A DNA stretch of 34,696 nt from Oscillatoriales cyanobacterium bin_317. Lineage in GTDB: Bacteria; Cyanobacteriota; Cyanobacteriia; Leptolyngbyales; Leptolyngbyaceae. Numbering within the stretch: position 1 is the first letter of the stretch; every line of letters starts with the position of its first letter. Shown in pieces: positions 27,528 to 34,696 of this stretch. Under the pieces are notes generated by a model, which saw only the letters and a program-made list of their open reading frames with translations, was not told the DNA's origin and ran no database searches. A program made the position numbers and the translations under genes. The stretch lies in NCBI GenBank assembly GCA_037442585.1, contig JBBIQC010000001.1, forward strand, positions 5,327 to 40,022. The letters are read 5' to 3'.

Positions 27528-30500
27528 ATGCACAGCACTAGTGAGCCGCATTCAGAGGATCGGAAATTGAGTGATCTTCTGAGTTGTATTACTGATCGCA
27601 TCCAACGATCGCTAGACCTGCAGAGTATTTTGCAGGCTGCCGTAAATGAGGTAAGACTCTTTTTGCAGAGCGATCGCGTGATGGTGTATAAATTCCATCC
27701 CAACGAGAGCGGCCAGGTGATTGCTGAATCGGTTGATTTGCAGCGATTACCTTCCTTATTAGGTTTAAATTTTCCCGCAGATGATATTCCCGCTTGCCAT
27801 CGTGAACTCTTTGTTCGGTCAAAGGTGCGTTCAATTGTAAATGTAGCTACGGGGAAAATTGGGCAAAGCGTTCTACCCGAAGCGGATATAACTCTGGATG
27901 CCGAAGAAATTGCCTACCGTCAGGTCGATCCCTGTCATCAAAAGTACTTGACGGCAATGGGAGTGCAATCTTCAGTCGTTGTACCGATCGTCCATCAGAA
28001 CCACCTGTGGGGGTTATTGGTAGCTCACCATGCAGAAGCGCGAGACATTCCCCTGGAAGAGCTACAGATGTTGCAAATGGTAGTGAACCAGTTTGCAGTC
28101 GCGATCGCGCAAGCTGAATTACTGGCTCAGGCCCAGGAAAAAGCGCAACGGGAAGCCACCATCAATCGGATTGCTAACTTGTTGCACTCCCTGTCTACCA
28201 TTGAACTGGAAACTGCTTTAGAAGAAACCGTTGCAGCCCTGAATGGGGTGGGTGGAAGATTGTACTTGCTGCCTGCCGTCTTGAATACAGCAGCAGATAT
28301 TGCAGTAGACAGTCAGCCTCCAACGACAACAGGGATGCTGTATAGCTATGGGATGCAACCGATTTTCTCCGAACAGGCGCGATTTCAGTGCATTGAGCAA
28401 TATCCCACCTGGCAAGAGCACTTCGCAACCCAAGCTGGGCAACCCTGGGTGATTCCAGATTTATATCAGGTGCCTGAATTATGCAATGTGCAGTCTGCTT
28501 TCAGATCCACGAAAATTCGCGGCATTTTGGCTGTTCCATTGCAATATCGTCACCAACTTCTGGGTTACTTAACTATTTTTCGCCCTGAAAATGAAATTGA
28601 GACGCTGTGGGCAGGTTGGTTTGACCCGGATGAACGGCAGATGCAACCTCGTCTATCTTTTGAAGTCTGGAAGGAATCCAAACAGAGGGAACTGCATCAA
28701 TGGACTAAAACTGATGTGGAATTGCTTCAGATATTAGGTAATCAGTTTGCTACAGCCATCCAACAATATGCAATACACCAACAATTGCAAGCCTTTAACA
28801 CTCAGTTGGAATCTCAGGTGGAAAAGCGTACTGCTGAACTAAAGCTGGTAGGAGAACAACAGGCCGTATTGCTGCGGGTCATCACCAAAATCCGGAGATC
28901 CCTGGATTTAGACCATATTTTCAAAACGGCAGTAACAGAAGTGCAGCGATCGCTCCAGGTCGATCGAGTGATCATTGTCCGTCTGGATCCAACCTCCAAT
29001 TTTGCCTCTGGCCAGGTGATCGCCGAAGCCGTCGTCCCCCCCTTTGAGCCAGCCCTGGGGAAAGTATTTGATAATCACTGTTTTGGTGAGCAATATGCGC
29101 TCCAGTATCAGCAGGGCAAAATTCAGGCTGTGTCTAACATTCACGATGCCGAACTAGAGGATTGCCATCTGGACTTGCTGACCCGCCTGCAAGTAGTTGC
29201 CAAGCTCCTCGTACCACTGCGCAAAGGCGATGAATTGTGGGGTTTACTGGGTGTGCATAGCTGTACAGGGGCGCGAACCTGGAGCGCTATGGACATTCAA
29301 TTTGTGACTCAGATTGCGATCCAACTGGATATAGCCCTACAGCAAGGAGAATTACTGGCTCAAACCCAACAACAAGCCACGGAATTACGGCGCATCGCTG
29401 AACAACAGCAGATGTTGTTTGATGTGGTGGCCAAGATGCGAGAGTCCCTGGATGTAGAGACGATTTTTCAAAGCGCAACCCAGGGTGCCTGTCATTTATT
29501 GGGGGCCGATCGCGTCGCCGTTTACCGCTTTAATGCCGATTGGGGCGGCCAATTTGTGAGCAATTTTGAGGCGGCCAATCCTGCCTGGAAAGAAAATCAA
29601 CAATTGGGTACCAGCACCGTTTGGAATGACACCTACTTGCAAGACACGCAGGGAGGCCGCTACCGCAACCATGAGGTGCTGGTGGTGCATGATGTGAACC
29701 AGGCTGGGTTTGCCGATTGCCACCTGGATATCCTGGCGCAATTTCAGATCAAGGCTCAGTTGATTGCTCCAATTTTTGTTGGCCGCACCCTATGGGGACT
29801 GTTGGCCGCTTACCAGCATGCTGCTCCCCGGCAGTGGACAGAGTCGGAAGTGAATTTTTTCACTCAGGTGGCTGGACAACTGGGGGTGGCCTATCAACAG
29901 GCTGACTTACTTGCTCAAACTCAGCACCAAACCAAGCAATTAGCCCAGGCCCTGGATGATCTGAAACAGGCACAAACTCATTTGATTCAAACGGAGAAAA
30001 TGTCCAGCCTGGGTCAGTTGGTCGCTGGAGTTGCCCATGAAATTAATAACCCGGTGAATTTTATTTACGGAAATCTAGCTCATGTCAGTAGCTATGCTCA
30101 AGATTTGCTGGGTTTGGTGGAGCTTTATCAGCAGCATTATCCAACTCCGGTTCAAGCCATTTGCGATCGCGCCGAGGACATTGATCTGGAATTCCTCACT
30201 GAGGATTTGCAAAAAACCCTGTCTTCGATGAGGCTTGGGGCCGATCGCATCCGGCAAATTGTTTTGTCTCTCCGCAACTTCTCCCGTCTGGATCAGGCAG
30301 AAATGAAGCCTGTCGATATCCATGATGGGATTGATAGTACCCTACTGATCTTGCAATACCGACTGAAGCCAAAATCCGATCGTCCGGAGATTACGATTAT
30401 CAAGGACTACGGCAATCTGCCACTGGTGGAGTGTTATGCAGGGCAACTTAACCAGGTATTTATGAATGTTTTAGGCAATGCGATCGAAGCCTTGGAGGAT

Positions 30501-30887
30501 GCTCACAGTAATGGACACTGGGCACAAACCAACGGAACGGGGGATACATGCGATCGCTCCCATTCCCTCCCTGACTCTGAACTGCCCTGCAGCTCACCCA
30601 CCATTCGAATTCAAACTCAGATCACGGACGATCAGCGGGTACAAATTCGATTTTCTGACAATGGGCCGGGAATACCGGAAGCCGTAAGACAGCGAATCTT
30701 TGATCCTTTCTTCACCACCAAACCCGTAGGGAAGGGTACCGGGTTAGGGCTTTCCATCAGTTACAAAATTGTCGTAGAAAAGCATGGAGGTATGTTCAAC
30801 TGTGAGTCGCAACCCGGTCAGGGGACAACCTTTTTAGTTGAAGTTCCGGCAAAACAGTCCGGCAAAACAGACAGTAGCGATCGCTAG
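27528..30887 (+). CDS. Multi-GAF bilin photoreceptor histidine kinase (AphC/All2699-like knotless phytochrome plus two cyanobacteriochrome GAFs)
   Basis: GAF1 FPADDIP...DPCH; PHY-like GAF2 WAG...PRLSF; GAF3 NHCF...DCH; GAF4 WNDTYLQ...DCH; then HisKA (AHEINNP) and HATPase. Confidence 0.92.
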   Translation: MHSTSEPHSEDRKLSDLLSCITDRIQRSLDLQSILQAAVNEVRLFLQSDRVMVYKFHPNESGQVIAESVDLQRLPSLLGLNFPADDIPACHRELFVRSKVRSIVNVATGKIGQSVLPEADITLDAEEIAYRQVDPCHQKYLTAMGVQSSVVVPIVHQNHLWGLLVAHHAEARDIPLEELQMLQMVVNQFAVAIAQAELLAQAQEKAQREATINRIANLLHSLSTIELETALEETVAALNGVGGRLYLLPAVLNTAADIAVDSQPPTTTGMLYSYGMQPIFSEQARFQCIEQYPTWQEHFATQAGQPWVIPDLYQVPELCNVQSAFRSTKIRGILAVPLQYRHQLLGYLTIFRPENEIETLWAGWFDPDERQMQPRLSFEVWKESKQRELHQWTKTDVELLQILGNQFATAIQQYAIHQQLQAFNTQLESQVEKRTAELKLVGEQQAVLLRVITKIRRSLDLDHIFKTAVTEVQRSLQVDRVIIVRLDPTSNFASGQVIAEAVVPPFEPALGKVFDNHCFGEQYALQYQQGKIQAVSNIHDAELEDCHLDLLTRLQVVAKLLVPLRKGDELWGLLGVHSCTGARTWSAMDIQFVTQIAIQLDIALQQGELLAQTQQQATELRRIAEQQQMLFDVVAKMRESLDVETIFQSATQGACHLLGADRVAVYRFNADWGGQFVSNFEAANPAWKENQQLGTSTVWNDTYLQDTQGGRYRNHEVLVVHDVNQAGFADCHLDILAQFQIKAQLIAPIFVGRTLWGLLAAYQHAAPRQWTESEVNFFTQVAGQLGVAYQQADLLAQTQHQTKQLAQALDDLKQAQTHLIQTEKMSSLGQLVAGVAHEINNPVNFIYGNLAHVSSYAQDLLGLVELYQQHYPTPVQAICDRAEDIDLEFLTEDLQKTLSSMRLGADRIRQIVLSLRNFSRLDQAEMKPVDIHDGIDSTLLILQYRLKPKSDRPEITIIKDYGNLPLVECYAGQLNQVFMNVLGNAIEALEDAHSNGHWAQTNGTGDTCDRSHSLPDSELPCSSPTIRIQTQITDDQRVQIRFSDNGPGIPEAVRQRIFDPFFTTKPVGKGTGLGLSISYKIVVEKHGGMFNCESQPGQGTTFLVEVPAKQSGKTDSSDR

Positions 30888-30900
30888 GTAGGAATTCAAA

Positions 30901-31002
30901 CAGAGGGCAGAAGGCAACATCCATTCCTAAATTCTTTGGAGAATGGTATTTCAAGGATAAGCTGTCCTGCTTCTGCCTTCTGCTTTCCCCGTTTTCTGCC
31001 TT
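30901..31002. repeat. Inverted GGCAGAA / TTCTGCC heptamer blocks between convergent genes
   Basis: cagagggcagaaggca ... ctgcttctgccttctgctttc...ttctgcctt. Confidence 0.65.
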
Positions 31003-32087
31003 TATACCGCCACTACAGGAAGATGAGGCGTATGAACCTCCAAATCTTGCTGCCAGGGTTGACCATCCAGGGCAATTTGTTCAATCAGGCTGGCTAAACG
31101 CAAGGCTTTGAGAGCCTGTTCTCCTCCGACAGAAGGTTGATTGCCTCCCCGCACACAGGCGACAAAATGTTCTAGCTCGGCGTGCAGTGGCTCGATATTG
31201 CTGGTGTAGACCTTTTCGATCAAGCCATCTTGTCGATAGAGTACCTGGCCGTAATCGGTCATGCAGTTAGCAGTCGTTTGCCGATGGATCAGGATTTCGT
31301 GATTCAGGAAGTCGGCTTCAGTCAGGGAGTTCTTGCAGTGAGCCGCAATCCGTCGAATTTTGCGGTGGGTAACTTTGCTGGAAGTCAGGGTGGCGACAAT
31401 ACCATTGGCAAATCCCAAGGTCGCCGTGACGTAATCCAGATAGCCGGAACCGGAAGCACGACTACCGCTGGCGGTTAATCTGACCACAGGAGCCGCAGCC
31501 AGTTCCAGCAGCAAATCAATGTCATGAATCATCAGGTCGAGGACGACCGAGACATCATTGGCCCGCTGCGAATAGGGACTCATTCGGTGAGCTTCTAAGG
31601 CCAGCAATTCTTCGGTTTTCAGCACCTTGCTCAATTCCTGGAAGGCTGGGTTAAACCGCTCAATATGGCCGACCTGGAGAATACATTGAGACTCGGCAGC
31701 GGCATTCACTAAAGATTCCGCTTCCACAATGCTGGCCGCGATCGGTTTTTCAATCAGTACATGCACTCCGGCCTGTAAACACGCCATGCCAACGCTGTGG
31801 TGTAGGCGGGTAGGAACGGCAACACAGACTGCATCAACGTGGGGCAACAGATCCCGGTAGTCTTCAAAGAAGCGCACCCGGTACTTGCTGGCTGTATCAA
31901 TTCCTCGCTCCACATTGACATCTGAAACCCCCACCATTTCTACATCCTTTAACATGCTCAGGATGCGGGCGTGGTGCTGTCCCATATTGCCAACCCCAAT
32001 CACACCCACACGGATGGGTTCAAATGGACTACGCAAGGGATGCGTACCCGACCCTCCGAACGATGTATTATTTTGCACTCCTGTCAT
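31002..32087 (-). CDS. Gfo/Idh/MocA family oxidoreductase
   Basis: IRVGVIGVGNMGQHH, HVLIEKP, VGHIERFNPA, DLMIHDID. Confidence 0.95.
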   Translation of the reverse strand: MTGVQNNTSFGGSGTHPLRSPFEPIRVGVIGVGNMGQHHARILSMLKDVEMVGVSDVNVERGIDTASKYRVRFFEDYRDLLPHVDAVCVAVPTRLHHSVGMACLQAGVHVLIEKPIAASIVEAESLVNAAAESQCILQVGHIERFNPAFQELSKVLKTEELLALEAHRMSPYSQRANDVSVVLDLMIHDIDLLLELAAAPVVRLTASGSRASGSGYLDYVTATLGFANGIVATLTSSKVTHRKIRRIAAHCKNSLTEADFLNHEILIHRQTTANCMTDYGQVLYRQDGLIEKVYTSNIEPLHAELEHFVACVRGGNQPSVGGEQALKALRLASLIEQIALDGQPWQQDLEVHTPHLPVVAV

Positions 32088-32325
32088 CTCCTCACCACCA
32101 TGAAAGGGCTAGTTGGTTGCAATAAGCCACTTTAGCCATCCAGATAGTACCACAGTGGCTCAATTTATGAAGAATTCCAAAGCAATTCTGATGTTCCTTC
32201 CCGGAAAATCTTGTCAGTAGTTTTTTGCGGTTTTTAAACAGTTTGGTTTTCAGGGACAGGAATGTTAGAAAGTAGGGAATCTTCGTATCCATCGCTCAGT
32301 TCCATTTCGTGTCTGAATCGTTACG

Positions 32326-33948
32326 ATGAGACGCTTCCTCCACTCCCCCCTTACCTCCCGCATTTTGGCCCACCCACGCACTGTAAAGGCGATCGCCGCC
32401 GCCAGTGCCCTGCTTCTTTTAGGGTTAGCCATCAAGCCTGCCCCCAGATCCAATGCGGGCATTTTAGATACCCCAGCGACCGCTCAGAAGCAACCTCAAG
32501 CCACTTCCTCAGCCAGGGTTCTCCAACGCCAGCAACAGGTACGCCAGATTCGGCCAGACAACTTTGACCTGGAACAGTTCCCGCTGCAAAAGACCAATCA
32601 ATCTCACTGGCGGCATTTGCTCTGGACAACGGCAGTCGTAGAACCGCAGGAACCGTTTGTCGCCGAAGCCCTCAACAAAATTCTGGCGCAAACGGTTCGT
32701 CCCAATCTATCGGATGCAGAAAAGGCAATTGTGGACATGGCCATGAAGGTTGGGACGCAGCTTTATCTCAGCGATCCCAACTTTTATGGCTCCATTGGCC
32801 AGCGGTTTTTAGAGACGATCGAGCAGAGTAGCGATCCCGAATGGGTAGCGGTTTCTCTATCGGGATTGGCTAAGGGAGGGATGGTTGCCACGGAACTGCA
32901 ACGGATGGGAAATCAGGTCAAATCTCGCTTTCCCGGATGGACGACCAATGTGCTTTTGCAGACCACCTTGCAGGAAATTGATGATGCCACCACTCCTCAG
33001 CCGCTACCGCCGTTGCGGGATCTGTTGACCTGGACGATCGCACCGCAACAACTGCATCTGTATGTCCTCTGTCGCCCCAACCGGAGAGTCCTCTGTCGAG
33101 CCATTCTGAAAGACCGCAACGGTGAGTTTGTCAAGCAAGATGGCCAACTCTGGTCAGTCCCCTTGTTGCTGGAATCGATTCATGGCCTGGGCTGGAATTT
33201 CACCAGAGGCCAAACCCCCCAGGGCATCTATCGGATTGAGGGCACCGTATCCCAACACAACGATGAATTTTTCCGGGCCTACGGTCAGTTTCCGCTGGTG
33301 AACCTGTTTGTTCCCTTTGAACCCGGAGCCAAGCAATTTATCCCTGGTCGTCCCGGAGCGTTCACGGGCAGTTTGGAAGATTATCAGGCATTGTTACCTC
33401 CGTCCTGGCGCAGTTACCGTCCTATCCAGCAAACCTACTGGGCGGGACGATCGGGCCGCAGTCTGTTCCGTATTCATGGTTCCGGTGAATCTCCTGACTT
33501 CTTCAGCGGTAAGGACAAGAACTATCCCAACAGCTATGAGTGGAACCCAACCATCGGCTGTCTGTCGGCCCTGGAACTGTACAGCGATCGGGGCCAATTG
33601 CTGAAATCCGATATGCCAAAAATTTTGCGCACCCTGCAAACAGCGGGCGGGAAAAACTTTACAGGGTATTTGACAGTCGTCGATCTCCCTGCTGATAGTA
33701 AAGATCCCATTTCCCTGGAGACGGTTCAATCCGCGATCGCCAGTCCTCAAGCGCGATCGCTCCATCGCCCCAACCAGAAAGGGCAACGGAGAATTGTCCT
33801 GGCGGCATCAAAGGCCACTAAGAAATCGGCTCCCGTGATTCGCCAGCTGACCAAACCCAACCAACTCGTGAAAGTGACTCCCCGGTCTCAACCTCAACCC
33901 ACCAGACAAACGGCGGAAACTCTGCAACCGATCCCGATCGCCTATTGA
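32326..33948 (+). CDS. Exported hypothetical protein with an L,D-transpeptidase (YkuD)-like catalytic signature
   Basis: N-terminal hydrophobic segment; GQTPQGIYRI, FRIHGSG and PTIGC motifs; low-complexity C-terminal tail. Confidence 0.7.
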   Translation: MRRFLHSPLTSRILAHPRTVKAIAAASALLLLGLAIKPAPRSNAGILDTPATAQKQPQATSSARVLQRQQQVRQIRPDNFDLEQFPLQKTNQSHWRHLLWTTAVVEPQEPFVAEALNKILAQTVRPNLSDAEKAIVDMAMKVGTQLYLSDPNFYGSIGQRFLETIEQSSDPEWVAVSLSGLAKGGMVATELQRMGNQVKSRFPGWTTNVLLQTTLQEIDDATTPQPLPPLRDLLTWTIAPQQLHLYVLCRPNRRVLCRAILKDRNGEFVKQDGQLWSVPLLLESIHGLGWNFTRGQTPQGIYRIEGTVSQHNDEFFRAYGQFPLVNLFVPFEPGAKQFIPGRPGAFTGSLEDYQALLPPSWRSYRPIQQTYWAGRSGRSLFRIHGSGESPDFFSGKDKNYPNSYEWNPTIGCLSALELYSDRGQLLKSDMPKILRTLQTAGGKNFTGYLTVVDLPADSKDPISLETVQSAIASPQARSLHRPNQKGQRRIVLAASKATKKSAPVIRQLTKPNQLVKVTPRSQPQPTRQTAETLQPIPIAY

Positions 33949-34053
33949 GAAATGATCCCTAGAAAGCCTGTTATAATCTGCGCTCACCCTCAATCATGAA
34001 AATAGGCTTTCCCTTCTGCCTTCTGCCATTTTCTACCCAGAATAGGAGAAAGG

Positions 34054-34081
34054 GTAGAGACGCGACTAATCACGTCTGTAC
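34054..34081. repeat. Short palindromic dispersed repeat (GTAGAGACGCG...CGTCTGTAC type)
   Basis: GTAGAGACGCGACTAATCACGTCTGTAC, an imperfect palindrome. Confidence 0.7.
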
Positions 34082-34146
34082 TGGATACAGAAAGGATAAT
34101 GGCAAGGTGGGATAATGAAAGCAATTAAGGAACTGCAAAGCATTCA

Positions 34147-34696
34147 ATGATGGGGAGTTGGGACGGTAGCACGTTGGGCAAGTTAAAAAGAATCACCTTT
34201 CAGCCCTGGGTAGACCCCCTGTGGATGGTGGCCTTGGGCTCAGCCGCACTTTTGTTACTGACCGTGAATCTGGGAGGGGTACCCCTGCGAGACTGGGACG
34301 AAGGTACCGTAGCTCAGGTAGCACGGGAAATCTGGCGTTCGCACACTAACCCGGCCTCTTTCCCCGCTGGCTCCCTCACCTGGCTCTATCCCACTCTGGA
34401 AGGACAACCGTACCTCAACAAACCGACGCTGCTCCATATCCTGATTGCTCAGTGTTTTGCGATTGGGGGTGTGAATGAATGGATGGCCCGCCTGCCAGGA
34501 GCACTATTAACCGCCCTTTCTGTTTCCCTGCTCTATGGAATTGGCCGAGAAATTTTCGTTAAGCGTACCCCTGCCGTATTCGCCGCCTTAGTTTATCTGA
34601 CCTGGCTGCCTGTGGTTCGACATGGGCGGTTAGCCATGCTGGACGGTGCCCTGGTTTGTTTTTTTCTCTTCAGTCTCTGGTGTTTATTGCGGGCAC
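34147..34696 (+). CDS. ArnT/PMT-family (GT-C) glycosyltransferase, N-terminal part; runs off the right edge
   Basis: Not in the ORF track. Manual translation gives NLGGVPLRDWDEGTVAQVAREIW...YPTLEGQPYLNKP...GVNEWMARLPGA...VVRHGRLAMLDG. Confidence 0.92.
   Translation, partial: MMGSWDGSTLGKLKRITFQPWVDPLWMVALGSAALLLLTVNLGGVPLRDWDEGTVAQVAREIWRSHTNPASFPAGSLTWLYPTLEGQPYLNKPTLLHILIAQCFAIGGVNEWMARLPGALLTALSVSLLYGIGREIFVKRTPAVFAALVYLTWLPVVRHGRLAMLDGALVCFFLFSLWCLLRA

Larger units (their letters stand above)
1..34696. repeat. HIP1 octamer GCGATCGC, dispersed throughout
   Basis: Dozens of copies seen by eye, for example near 292, 382, 639, 1415, 2858, 4361, 10110, 12343, 16431, 20541, 23337, 28101 and 33733. 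Confidence 0.95.

Noticed and set aside
1-34696. tRNA, rRNA, intact transposase, integrase or prophage genes
   Set aside because: None recognised by eye; small ncRNAs in the longer intergenic regions cannot be excluded without a covariance-model search.

Overview
Cyanobacterial chromosomal segment, judged from dense HIP1 octamers (GCGATCGC), ndhF1-ndhD1 and a bilin photoreceptor. Most of it is housekeeping or conserved cyanobacterial genes: NnrU/Z-ISO, thioredoxin, ndhF1, ndhD1, HU, GNAT, LpxB-like, DevC/DevA-like ABC pair, SphS-like kinase, pseudouridine synthase, rodZ, mutL, Gfo/Idh/MocA oxidoreductase and an ArnT-like glycosyltransferase. Three accessory parts stand out. (i) At the left edge, an EACC1-like small protein is coupled to a caspase-family protease with intact catalytic motifs (missed by the ORF track), next to two Uma2 nucleases, one of them frameshifted. 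(ii) After mutL, an AT-rich stretch bordered by a MITE-like element leads into a heme-oxygenase-like diiron oxidase (CADD/PqqC fold, split by a 1-nt homopolymer frameshift) and a class II SAM-dependent methyltransferase, a candidate uncharacterised small-molecule pathway. (iii) A four-GAF sensor kinase combines a knotless phytochrome, an atypical NXCF cyanobacteriochrome and a red/green cyanobacteriochrome, and lies divergent from a stand-alone cNMP-binding protein. Many short tandem and palindromic repeats occur, some inserted in-frame in genes. All family calls come from motif reading and recalled family knowledge; no searches were run.
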